A stretch of 64,000 nt of DNA from Lama guanicoe (Eukaryota): NCBI GenBank assembly GCA_013239625.1, contig MU053588.1, positions 2,614,508 through 2,678,507 on the forward strand, read 5' to 3'. Within the stretch, counting starts at the first letter, position 1, and every line of letters starts with the position of its first letter. The notes below the pieces were generated by a model. It was not told where the DNA came from. It was given only the letters and a program-made list of their open reading frames with translations, and made no database searches. Positions 36,730 through 60,965 of the stretch are shown here, one piece after another. The position numbers and the translations under genes were made by a program.

Positions 36730-37240
36730 GAAACAAAAGTCGGGCAGCCCTGCACACGAATGTTCATAGCAGCTCTATTCACAGTAGCAAAAAGGTAGAA
36801 GCAACCCACATGGCAATCAAGGGATGAAAAGTTACACAAAATGTGGTGATTCCCTGCAATGGAATACTATTCAGCCATAAAGCAAGTGAAGTACTGATAC
36901 CTGCTGCAATGTGGATGATTCTTGAAAACATGACGCTAAATGAGAGAAGACAGAGTTCCTTTCTGTGTGATACCATTTATGTGGAATTTCCAGAATAGGT
37001 AAATTTATACAAAAAGAAGCATACTGGTGGTTGTCAGGGGCCAGTGGGAGGAGAGAATGGAAATTGACATCTTAATGGGACACAGTTTCCTTAAGGCATG
37101 ATGAAAATGTTTTGGGATACAATTGATGGTTACACAACATGAATGCACTAAATGCCATTGGATTGCACACCTTAAAATGGTTATGGTTAATTTTATGCTA
37201 TGTGAATTTTACACACCCACCCCACCCCTAAAAAAAAGAG
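36730..37240 (+). mobile_element. Ancient L1M-type 3' end
   Basis: 'gaatgttcatagcagctctattcacagtagcaaaaaggtagaagcaaccc...ggaatactattcagccataaa'. Confidence 0.65.
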
Positions 37241-39849
37241 CAATGCAGCACAGATAGCCACTGACCCAGAAAGATTAGAACACTATTTTGATCTCACTGG
37301 TTTGGGAGGATAAAATCAGAGGTAAGGGAAATATCACAGAAGTGGAGGGCTGGACTGGAATTTTAATTCAAGGAAGGAAGAGGAGGGCAGGGGTGTGGAG
37401 TGGAGATGAGGACAAGGGAGGAAGGCAGGGGACCTGGTTCTGATGCTGCTGTTTGGAGTAAGCTTGGATCTAAATCTTTCCCCCTTTGGAGCCTCAGTTT
37501 CCCTAACTGTGCTAGAGGTGGTGGTAACACTAAGTTACTGAAGGTATTTCTTGACCCTGAAGTGTCCTCAGTCAACAGTGCAGGTCATCTGGGGATGAGT
37601 GGCATCTACAGCAGGCTGGATGAAGGAGAGACTACAGAAGGGACTTTCCCGGGGAGAGAGTGAGCAGGGAGGAGTCAGGAGGCCTGCTCACATTAACTCC
37701 TGACAGAGGCAGGGACTGGGTGGAAGGACTCCGAGAGGATCTGCATCTCTTCTCCCCCTCCACCGCGAGGCAGGAAGCAGACCTGGAATGGAGGGCACAC
37801 TCTCTCCAGCCCCTCTGTCTTTGGCATGAGGTCGATGTCTTCCGGGGCCTTGGGAGAGCCCAGGGAGAAGTTCTGCAGCACGGAGGTCAAGAAGAGGAGA
37901 GCTCAGCGTGGGCCAAGCTCTCGCCCAAACAGAGGCGTTTTCCTGAGGATACAATGGAAGGTGTGTCATTGTGGGGAGCCCTTGAGAGAACTGCCCCACC
38001 CCCACAATTCTGAGGTACTTGCACGCTCATTTACATAAATTTACATACGAAGTACATTCTTGTCCTCAATACCAACACCATCAGTGTACCTGTCTGCTTG
38101 TGTGTTGGAGGGGAGTGCGTTTCTATCTCAGTCCTGCCTCTTCTCAATCTACCCCATATGGTGCCCTCCTCTGCTCCTCCTGGTACCTGGTCCTTGCCTG
38201 TCTCGCACTCTCTCATTCTCTGTTTCTCTGGTTAAGTATACTCTCAACTAAGCCAATTTATGAGAAAATGTGAACTGGGAAAAACCCCTGGTAGCCTGTC
38301 CCACTAGAGGAGCCATGAGAGAAAGGTATAGGGGGGCTGAAACCTCTGGCGCATCCTGGACTGATACACAATAAGTAGTTGGGCATTTGCATCTGGATTG
38401 GCTGTTAGAATACTGACCTACTTCTGATCAGCTGGTGCACAGCCTTTGCTCTAAGCTCCTGAGTGCCTCACTCTTCTGGTCCCCTTGGCCCTCTTCCCAG
38501 CCCCTCCTCAGTCCTGCCCACAATCAGCAGTGAACAGAGTAAGCCTCCGAGACCCAATTTCCACACCACAACCAGTGGAAGTTCTGACTGCTCATGGCCA
38601 CGTCATGCTTGATAAAGATTTTAAAAGCACCCCACCCACCCCTGCTTTCATTTTTCTGACTCTCATATGCTCTATTCATATCTTCCTGCAAGATGGGGTT
38701 AACCATCACAAAAGTCCCATCTACATGGAGCCCTGAGTATCCACTACTGATTTCAGCACAGGCCATGTCCACTGGAATATCCAAGGATGGGACCAATGTG
38801 TCCCTGGGCTGGGTCACAGTTTGCTCTTCCTCCAGTTGACCTGCAATCCCATTGGGAAAGAAAGGAAGCCAAAGAGCTGCCCTGCATATGTGGTAAAGTT
38901 CATTACGGTGCATAAGTATTCACAGTGCATCTCTGGGTGCATAAACATGTCTACCATATTGAACTTGGATGGGACTTGCTTTGTCCAATGAGATGAGGGC
39001 TAAATTGACACATGCCGTGCTGTTTTCCCTGTTTCCTCAAGTGTCAGGATAGAGTCCCCATTTGCCCCTATCTCTACATGCCTGTGATAGTCTGGAATGG
39101 GCATGTTGCTTGAGCACAAAAATAACTTTCTGGCTTTATTGCTGAGGTATTCAGGTTGTCTGTCACAGCCCAGCCTGTCCTGACAAACAGATCATGACTT
39201 CCTAAGGGAACTTGGGAAGGCCCTCTGCCCCCTGGGCCTCCCGTGTTCCGCTTCTGCAAGAGAGTGATGATTCAACACTAAGACATCCATCGTTTCTTCA
39301 AGAGTTCAAAGGAGAAAAACAATTTGATCATCGTGATGGGAGCTGAAAAGATATTTGAGAATATCAACACCTAATCCTGATTAAATCCTGTTGTAAAATG
39401 GGGTAGAGGGGATAGTTCCTTAATTTGATTTAAAATGGAGAGAAGTATATGGAAGAATAAACCATTAAATACCTGGAATAGGCGACAGCCAGCAACAAGC
39501 TTAATAGAGAAAATAAACATATTCCCCTTAAAGTTAGGAGTTAGACAAGATTGTTCACTATGACTACTGCTACTTCACATGATTCCAGAAAGTGCTCATC
39601 CATGACATTAGGGAAAACATGCCTTGTGACTTTAACCTAAGAAAGCTGAGAAACAATTGAATCAAAATATCATCATTTGCAGATGCTAACACCAATTACT
39701 TGGAGAACCCAAGAGAATAAACGAAAAACTGTTAGTTACAAAAGAAACATAAGGAAATTGCTCAGTTATGACAGAAATAGACACCCCAAAAGCCCAGTGG
39801 ATTTCTGATATACTATTAAACAATGTAAAATACTATGTTAGAAGAGTAT

Positions 39850-40410
39850 TGTGGACTGAATTGTGTCCTCCCAAAATGTGTGTGTTGCAGCCCTAACCCC
39901 TAATGTGATAGTATTTGGAGAAGGGGCCTTGGAAGGTCATGGGGTTTAGATGAGCTTGTTAGGGTGGGGCGTCCATGAAGAGATAGAGCTCTTATAAGAA
40001 CAGGAAGTGAGATAAACAGCAAGGCCCTACTGTACAGCGCAGGGAACTATACTGAATACCCTGTAATAACCTCTAATGAAAAATAATATGAAAAGGAATA
40101 TATATGTATATTTATGTATAGTTGAATCACTGTGCTGTACACCAGAAATTAACACAGCGTTGTAAACCAACTATACTTCAATTAAAAAAAAAAAAGAAGG
40201 AGAAGAAGAAGAGATACCAGAACCTCACTCTCATATGAGGACACAGCAAGAAGGCGGCCGTCTGCAAGGCAGGAAGAGAGACCTCACCAGAACCCGACCA
40301 TGCTGCCACCCTGATATCGGACTTCCAGCCTCCAGAACTGAGAGAAAATTAATTTCTGTTGTTCAAGCCGCTCACTGTATGGTATTCCATTATGGTGGCC
40401 TGAGTTGACA
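39850..40410 (+). mobile_element. MLT1A-like MaLR LTR with a nested L1 3' fragment (~40011-40200), inside ancient L1
   Basis: 'tgtggactgaattgtgtcctcccaaaat...gacttccagcctccagaactgagag'. Confidence 0.7.
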
Positions 40411-43400
40411 AAGAGATTCCATGAATAATAGCAGCAACTCCTCCCATATTTCTTAGGAATAAATTTAGTAAGAAATATGCAAAACCTAGTTAAAAAAATT
40501 AAAGTTTAGGATGTCACCAAGTGATACAAGAAGAACTAAATGGACACATTCTTGTTTTGTCTGGGATATATCAAACATGCAGATTTGTCAGAGCTACCGG
40601 AATCAAACTACAAATTCAGGTTAATCTTAATAAAATCCCAGTGATACAGTTTTTTTGAGATTTTGACAAAATAATTCTAAAGTATACCTGGAAGAAAAAT
40701 AAAATGTGTGTGTACATGAAAGAAAGAAGAGTAATGGAGAGTGATTAGCACTTGTAAAATATTAAAACATATGTGCATATATAATAATTCAAACAAACAG
40801 TATTATATAGCTAGAAAAGACAGACCAGTGAATCAGTGTGGATATTTTTTTAAAAACAGAAATAGACCTAAATAGATTAAAAAATTGAGACATAAATTTC
40901 AAGTCAGTGGCTGAAAGTTGAATTGTTTGAAAAGTGATTGAATCAGGGTGCTTGCACAGCCCTGGAAGCGAATATTCCTTAAATTTGGGGGTCCTAAGTG
41001 CCTCCTGGATGTCACTCTAGTCCAGGACTTGATTTTAACAATGAAACTGGCTAACAAGAAATAAATCAATGAGTTCTCCTTCTTTCTCCTGCCTTCTGAT
41101 CCCTTTCTTCTTTCTTACTGTTCTTTCCACTACCTACATATCTATCTATCTATCCATCATCTACCTTTGTGTCTGTGAAAATATTAATTAAAATTCTGAT
41201 GGACATCTTTGGAATATTAATAGGTCTGGTTTTGGTGGTAAATTACTGATGATTTTTCACTTTCAACTTTTACTTCCTTGTTTGTATTAAAAATTGAAAA
41301 AATAGTTACTTTAATTTTGAAAGAAAAACTGAAAATGCCTTTCCCCATTCTTGGCACATAGCAGATGCTTGATAATGGATCTAATTTTGGTCTGTTCTGT
41401 GTTTGCAAGTGCCTGCATTGTGCATCTTTGTCCCTCTCTTTCTCTCTTTCAGTTAGTCTCCATCTTCCTTCCCCATCATACCTCCTCCTTTTCCTTCCAC
41501 CTCACATCGTCTTTGTCTCTGTAGATGTTTTGCTTTCTCTTTCCTTCAGAATCCTCTTCTCTTTCTGAAATATTCATGCAGTGTTTGGGGTTGGACAAAG
41601 GGAGTCACACACAGGGAGGGGTGAGCAGGTGTTCCCATAGGAAGAGGAAGGGCATAGCTTACCCATGGAGAATGGGATGAAGACTTTCTGCTTCCTGAAG
41701 TTGCCTTCTGCATCCAGGAAGTGGCCAGGGTAGAAAGAATCTGGCTTCTCAAAGTGGCATGGGTCTTTGAGGGCAGAGCTCAGGATGGAGTATACATTAG
41801 TGTCCTACGAGGACACCAAAGACAAGGGGACTCAAATGGCCACCCACACGAAGTAGCTGAATCCATTATGGTGAATTCACATCCACAGCTGTATAATAAG
41901 CCTCACCCACTGTATGGCTCTACAGTTAGAGGCAGAAATGTTGAAATAATTCTGCCTCATTTACAATAGTTACGTCCCACCTTCTAGAGATCCTCACCAT
42001 CTTCCCCAAGATACTATGGACTTCTTTGTGATTCATCAGCTAAATAGTTCACAACTGGCCCAATAGAAGCCTCCAAGGACTTGACTCCAGGACTAGGAGA
42101 ATATAATCTGATGGACGCTGTCTCTTGGGTGATTAGATATTGTAAATATCATCCCTAGGTACATCTACACTGGGAACATTTGCAATCATGGGAAAAAATG
42201 AGTTAGTATCATAAACGTTGATCTGCAAATATATCTACAGCATACTGTTACATTAAAAAAAAAAGGAAAGCCACACTTACACACAAAATAAAACAAGTTG
42301 CAAATTGGACATAAAAATAGGAGGGAAGGTGACATGCACACTGAATATACAAGCTGCAAAGTGATAGACACAGTATGAACCAATCTTTGTGTATATGGAT
42401 ATATTTGTTGTATATGTTCATATAAACTTAAGGTAAATGTGGAAGAAGAAACATCGAATTGTGAATGTCTTCTCATGAAGAAGAAAGGTAGGAGAGATGA
42501 TAAAATAGCTTTTAAAAAACTATTTAAAAACCATTGTACAAGTTTCAATAAGTATATGGTACATTCTTCAGCAAATCTAACATCTTATAAAGGTAAAAAT
42601 TAATAAGACAGAACAGAAGTGAAAGGACTTGTCTATATTTCTAACATCTTCCTCCCTCCCATGATAATCTGGAAATTCCACCAACCAGAGACATGAAACA
42701 TAAGACTACGGGCAGACAGCACCTTCCAACCAAGATTCCGTATCCCTGATGGTCTCACCTTAGGGAGATAATATCCCCGGAAGTGAGTGTCCTTGATGAC
42801 TGAGTGGGGGATACCGAAGGGGAAGATGTCATTGAATCTCTGAACCTCGTGGATGACAGCATTTGTATAAGGCATTTTGGCCCGATCTTCAGGGGCTGGG
42901 AGACGGTGTTCACCAATCACTCTGTCAATTTCTGCCTGGATTTTCTCTAAGAATGGTTAAGGTGGGAGGGGGAGACATCAATAAATGCCCATAAACAGTG
43001 GGCTCAACCAAGTGCCCTAAAAAATGACCTACAGCCTGATGGGAGGGTCTTGTAAACTCTTTACTAAGATGTTGGGTTATAGTTCCTTCTCAATAAAAGC
43101 ACTGAGAAAGAAAGTAGATGGGTTCTTTGTGGGGAAGTCTTGTCTGATGTTCCAGTCTACTTATGATGGGAGGGACTTGGGTAAAGATGTGTGGGTGGAA
43201 ATTTATTTAACATTTAAGGATGTTTTTTTTTTCCAACTAAAAATGAGTAGTGGCTGAAACTGGTGTCATATCCTTTTGTCCCACTGACTTGCTATGTGAT
43301 CTTAGATAAGTCAATCTCCACTCTGGCCTTAAATTCATTCCTATAAAATAATGGAGTTTGATCAGATGAGAGTTTCTCCAAGTCTGACCTGCAGACCATC

Positions 43401-44355
43401 TGCATGAGAACCAATGGAGGGATTTTTAATTAGTTGTATACCAGCAATATACTTCACAAAGTCAAGTTCTTTGTCATCCTCAAAGTGACAACCCCAGAGA
43501 ATTGTGTCAAGAGCCATGTACTTTTGTAGATGGCAAAATGCGCTGTGAATACTAATGCTTTATGACTGGAACATTCTTTGTAAAGCGTAAATCACCTTAA
43601 ACAATCGCCCAAGAATTTTGCAAATTACAAGGCACTTCATAAGTACAAATATCTTCTAAACCAGAGGGTATTTCACTGAATGAATAATATTTTGCAAACC
43701 CAAAAGTGCTTCGTCAACTTCAAAGAACTTTGTCCGCAGCAAACCTTTGTTATAAGTGACAAATCCCTGTAGGGGTGGATTTTTTGTTTTTCAGATGGCT
43801 CAGGACGGAAGGGTATGTCTTCACCCATCAAGCAAGCACCTTCTAGCATGGCCTCAAAGACCTTCAGCCTTCTCTGGACCCCACCTACCATAAGCCCAGC
43901 TCACCTAAGACATCTGGGTTCTTAAGAAGGAGTAGAAAACCAAAGCTGAGCGTGGTGCCAGAGGTCTCTGTGCCAGCAAAGAACAGTGAGAGCACCGTGC
44001 TGATGAGATTTTTCTGGTGGAACGCACTCTTAGGATTGACGCGCTCCTGAATGGGGCAACGGACATTCCTTAACATCTCCCCTTGCAAAGATTTCCAGTA
44101 TCTGGGTCTTCTTATTTCCCTGAGAACACCATGTTACTCTGTGCCCGTTATTCATTTTCCTTATCCTTTTTTCTCTAATCAAGGCCGACAACGCACCAAA
44201 AGGATGAGCTCGAGAGCCGAAATACCTGGGTTCAAACTCAGGCACTAGCTGGGTGTCTTTGGGCAGGGAACATAACCTCTCTGTACCTTAGTTCGTCACC
44301 TGGGGTTGCTTGGATATAATGTATGATGTGCTCAAAGAACAACAGGCATTAATTT

Positions 44356-44490
44356 AAAAAAAAATTTCTGGGGAAGAGGTAAGTAGGGGGTTTTTTGTTT
44401 TTGTTTTTCAAGGAGGTACTTGGGATTGAACCCAGGACCTCATGTATGCTAAGCGTGCGCGCTACCGCTGGAGCTACACCCTCCCCCGGG
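44356..44490 (-). mobile_element. tRNA-Ala-derived SINE (vic-1 type)
   Basis: Reverse tRNA-like head; flanking attaattt repeats. Confidence 0.8.
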
Positions 44491-45267
44491 TATTAATTTG
44501 TTGTTGTTATTTTTTTCTCTCTCCTCGGATATCATTGCACTCCTGATTGGCCCTTGCTGCTGTCACTCCAGCGGTCCTAGTGAAGATGCTTAACAGCTGT
44601 TACCTGCACTTGCCAGACCAATCAGAAAAGACGTCAGCCTCCAACCAATCGGAATAGACCTGGGCCTCTGACCAGTCAGAACAGAGTCGGGGGAAGGCTG
44701 AGCAGAGACTCAGGGAAAACTTCCAGGCCCACAGGTTCACTCAGTTCGTTACTACCTCTTTAAAGACATATTCCAGGAGGAAGCCTTGGGGAGACTGAGG
44801 GAGGAACGGGCAGCAGAGGGGTTGGACCACTGGCTTTCTTGCTAATCCTTAAGGAAGTATTCCAGCATTTAAAGAACGCGTACGTCGTACCCAAACACAC
44901 GAACTCAGTGGCAGTAGTGCGGCCATCAGTGTCTTTCCCACCCACCCGCCATCCGGTGCAGCCCTTGCCTTGTCCATGTAGAGCAGGAAGGAATCAATGA
45001 AGTCCTTTGGGTCACTGGGGTCCGGCGTCTTCCGGTGCCTCTCAGTGTTCTCAGTGACAAAATCTCCCAGTTCTTGAATGATGCTGTGCAAGCGAGTGTG
45101 TGTGCCAGGAAAGTGTTTCATGATGTTCGAGAGGAGCTCGAACACCTGCAGGGCGGCAGGGAAGACCCTGAGCCCGTTCTGTTCTCTGAGCTGGTGCCGT
45201 GGGTGTAGGTATTGTGCGCTGCATCGTTCACCCCGTGGGCTTGGAGAACATGCATCCCAGCCGAGCA

Positions 45268-45313
<46 letters not shown>
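45268..45313. repeat. (CA)n microsatellite
   Basis: Perfect dinucleotide run. Confidence 0.95.
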
Positions 45314-45315
<2 letters not shown>

Positions 45316-48300
45316 GGTGCATGAACCTCTGCAGCCTGCCCCAATCACTCTCACATCTGCTGAGGTTTCTTCTCTCAGAGCCCACTCTTCTCGGAGGCCT
45401 GGTTTCCACCCCAACACGGACTGATGGCCTCACCTGGGAGGGTGCAGGGGTTAGAGTGTCGCACATAGACCTGAACTCTTGATCCCTTCTGGTTTTGGTG
45501 TTCAGGACAGAAAGCATCTTATCTCTTCCCAGAGTCCACCCACCCTGAGTCCTGTCCCACTGTGGAATCTTTGGCCTCACCTGGCTGTAGGAGGAGCTGA
45601 AAATGGCGGAGATTTCATTCAGTAGATGTAGCAGCCGTGAGAATCTGGAGTCCTGGTAATTAAAGTGCTCTCCAAAGACAATGGAGCAGATGATGTTGGC
45701 CATGGTGCAGTTAAAGAGGATGTGGGGATCCAGATAGGTCCCTGAGGAGGAGAGGTCTGTCATGGGGTGGGGGGTCCCCTGCATTGCCCTCCTGGGTGGC
45801 TCTGACCTGGCTGGTGCCATCCTGGCTTCTTTGATTTCTCTGTCTTTCTCTTGGCCACCTCGAATTTCATCGAGTCTTTGCATCTCGCCCTTTCTTTCTG
45901 AGAGGCTCCACCTCTGCGTCTCTTTTTGTTTCCCTTGGTCTCTGTCTTGGTCGGACTTTCTCTGGTCTTTGGCTCTTTATTTCAGACTCAGCCCCTTCTT
46001 CTCTGTTCTCTCTCTGCTCATGCCGTCCGTCCTGATGCCCCGTCTCCTCAGCCTCACTGACGTTCTGTGTTCCCTTGACTCTCTGTCTCTCTTTACCTTT
46101 TCTTTCTAGGTCTTTTCCTTGCTTGTTCTACTCCTGGGTTCATTTTGGCGGTGTCTTCAGTTTCTCTCTGTCTGCTTTCTCTACCTCTCTCTCTCTCTCC
46201 CTCCGAGTCTCTCTCTCTCTCTGTCTCCCTTATCCTCTTTCTCTTTTTTGTCTCTGTCTCCTTCTCCCCTCTCTCCCTCAGTCTGTCTCTGCATCTCTCT
46301 CTCTCTCTGTCTCTGAATTTCTCTCCATCAGTCACATCCTCTCTCTCCCTCTCTCTGTTTTCATCTCAGCTTCAACTCCTTGCCCCGGGCTCACCCTGGG
46401 ATCTCCGCAGCTCCTCCACCAGACACTGAGCCTCCTCCTTGATTCGGTCCTCGATCCTCCACTTCCCCATCCCAAAGCCCTTTAGGGTGGCCAGAGAGAA
46501 TCGGCGAAGAGCTTTCCAAGACTTTCCACTGGCAAAGACCACACCTGATTGGTGGGGTGTGAAGGAAAGGTTGAGAAGACAAACAGAATGTCCCCTCCTC
46601 CTCTCCACAATCCTCGCCCCGACTCCACTCACCAGTTCCCTGGAAGATGGGCTCAAGGACAGCGACGTGCCCTCGGCCTGAGAAAGCCTCAGCCCGATCC
46701 ACCAGGGCCTCCCTCACCGCCTCGTGCCCCCCTCACCGCCTCGTGCCCCCACAGGACGACGACCGGCCATGAACCCATGTAGATGTCGAAGACATTCCCG
46801 TATCTCGCCCGCAGCTGTTGGAACAGTCTAGATCACTCTCTGACCCTAGAGAAGGGTGTCCACGCTCACACCTGGTCACACCTTCCCCCGTGTCTTAACC
46901 TGCCGCTGCAGCCCCTCGGGAAGAACAGAGACTTGAAGTCTGTGGTCCCCCCCAAGCCTCACACCTGCCCCCTCGCCCCAAGCATCCTCCTCTCTTGGCT
47001 TTTCCAGGAACCCTCCCAGCTTTGGATTTAAGAATTCCAGAGACTCCTCACATCCCGGCTCTAGGACCTCTCCCTCCCATCCCACACAGGCTGCAGCTCA
47101 GAGTCTCGAGTCTATCAGAATTTCTCTCTCCAGTCAACCTGGCCTCCATTCCTTCTCATGGGAACACTTACAAGCTTCTCTAGAGGGCACACAGGACCAG
47201 ATGGTGGCTGAAGAAGTGGAAGAAGACAGTCCCCAGAGGGGCTGTGAAACCCCAGCGGCAACTGAGCCCCGGCTCCCTTGCTGCCTGTGAGCTGTTTATG
47301 GCGCCCCCACCTCCTGCCTTCCACCCCCTCTTCCATCTCACCACCTGTAAGGCCTTCAGAAGGCCCTTGTGGCTCATTTGCAAAATGTTTCCCAGGAAGG
47401 GCAGAGGCTGTGGTCCGGGAGGGAGGCGGCCCCGGGAGCTGCGGTGGCCCCAGAGGAGCAGGAGGCCAATGAGGATGAGAAACAGGATGACAGAAAGCGC
47501 CATGGTCCTCCCTTCGCCTGCCTTCCGCCTTGCTGCCCTTCTTAAAAGGTAGGCTGCTCTGTTGTTTGTTTGTTTATTTTCCTGTGGTTTGGTGGAGGTT
47601 GTGCCAGAAATCTACCTCAGCGGAGCTCCTGCTGAGTCTCCAGAGGCAACAGGGAGCCCAGGGCAGCAGGCCTTGCAGAGGTCAGGAAATTTAGCCAACG
47701 TCCCACGGACCCCTGACTGGCTGGAGATATCTTAGTGGTCACAGCCCTTAAGCAGGGAGCATGTCCCGCCGGGAAGGGAGGTGGTGTCAGCTGGAGAAAT
47801 ATGCGGAGGCTGGGTTTGGGCTGATTGCATTGCAAGGGTGGCTTTCAGCCAGTTTTGACAGAGAGTAACATTGCGTCAGGAGGGGCTGGGATGAGCTGGC
47901 CGGCAGGATCGAGGCATCCTGAGCTCACGGAGAGTGGGGATTTATCTGGGCGTCTGTGCAGACTGAGATATACAAAAGAGATGTGGTCTGATGGGGAGTC
48001 CTAACTCCATGTTGCCTAGGTTTGGGGGTTTTCTGACTCATTCATTCATTCACTCCTTGGCAAATATTTTGAACACCTGCCACATACCACACACTGCTCC
48101 AGGTGCTGAGAGCAGAGTGATAAACAAGACAAGTTTTCCTTCAAGGAACAGGCATTGAGGTGAAGGAGCTGTTCTCACCTTCTGAAAAGATCACCAGTGA
48201 CCTGGTAATAAATGGGTCCCACGTAAAAAGGCATGGATCACCACCTGGCCCAGGGATGTCAGGCTTTGGGTGTTTATTTGAGTCTCAGGGGTTATGAAAG

Positions 48301-49123
48301 GGAGTATCGGGGAATCCAAGGTCCCAATGTAGAGCTGCACAGCTCAGGGGGCAGTGGGCCTAGGGGTCCATCATAGAGGGAAAAGGTGGGGAGATGCAGG
48401 AAGATGAGATGAGAGAGGACTCCGCTGTGTATAACCATGGTCCCCAACATGGATGTACCTCGAAAACATCACACTAAGAGAAAGAAGTCAGACACTAAAG
48501 AGCACACATTTCATGATCTGTTTGTATGAAATATGCAGAACAGGCAAATCCAGAAGGACTGAGAGCAGATGGGTGTTGCCAGGGATGGAGCAAAAAGGAG
48601 AATGGGGAATGAGGACTGATGGGGACAGGGTTTTCTTCTGAAGTCATGAAAATGTTTGGCACTAGCGATGGTGAGTGCTCAACATTGCGAATGAACTAAA
48701 TACCACTAAATTATACACTTTAAAATGGTTAGTTACTTGATGTGAATGTCAACTTGATTTTAAACTGTATGTCAAGGGCAGAAAGGAGCTGTGTGAAGAA
48801 TTTGAAGTCAAGAGCCAGGGACACGGGGTGTGAATCTTGCTTCTCTATTCACTAGCCACATGTCCTTGGACAACTGATGCCATTGTCCGGCCTCTGTTTA
48901 TCCATCTGTATGATGGGCATGATCATTGTGCCCACCACCTGGAGCTGCTGGAAGGAGGACTCAAGTGAGATTGTGTATGCACAGATCATGGTGCATAAGG
49001 AGTTAATAAATGGAAGTTCTCACTGTTCTGAGGAAGAGAGAAGTCACTCAGGGTGAGCAGTGACCTGAGAGGCAGAACTACAGAGAGACCCTGAGCTAAG
49101 TTTCCCCCTTTAGTGCCAGTTTC

Positions 49124-49129
49124 TTTATT
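49124..49129 (-). terminator. Probable polyadenylation signal of CYP2B
   Basis: AATAAA on the minus strand ~250 nt after the stop codon. Confidence 0.6.
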
Positions 49130-49377
49130 GTCACCACTTCTTGGATTCTATTAACAGGGGAAAGGAAAACTTCTCTGATACCTTAGAAGAGCTGCAGCAG
49201 GATGAGAGGGGGTGAGACTGCAGATGGGACTCTCCCAGGGAGGTGGCACCCAAGGAGTGGGAGGATGCTGGCTTACAGCTGGTCTCTCAGAGGCAGGAAG
49301 ACAGGGAGCGAGTCAAAGGGCCATTCTCTGCAGAGGTGGGGACACACATGACCCTGAAAGGGTTGGACCCCCTTCCC

Positions 49378-60878
<11,501 letters not shown>

Positions 60879-60925
60879 GGCACCGGTCTGGTAGACTTCT
60901 CCCTCACTGCAGCCTCTGAGCTGAG

Positions 60926-60965
60926 CCTTTTATTCTGAGCCTGCCTCCCCCCCCAGTTGTGTAAC
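60926..60965 (-). promoter_or_regulatory. CYP2B core promoter: non-canonical TATA (AATAAAAG) and C/EBP-like site (GTTACACAAC)
   Basis: About 50 and 80 nt upstream of the ATG, in the arrangement known for CYP2B promoters. Confidence 0.6.

Larger units (their letters stand above)
37693..47503 (-). pseudogene. Divergent CYP2B-like cytochrome P450 pseudogene or null allele, 9 exons
   Basis: Exons 47503-47342, 46814-46633, 46544-46395, 45741-45581, 45145-44969, 44046-43905, 42946-42759, 41804-41663, 37942-~37693; canonical CYP2 exon sizes; motifs [28 protein letters not shown]; 19-bp duplication in exon 2 and 1-bp deletion in exon 9. Confidence 0.92.

Noticed and set aside
38280..39260. Possible ERVL-type integrase remnant or extra exon in intron 8
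   Set aside because: Only faint motif resemblance; cannot be supported without an HMM search
44849..45883. 344-aa ORF
   Set aside because: Chance in-frame read-through of intron 4, including a (TG)n tract, between pseudogene exons 4 and 5
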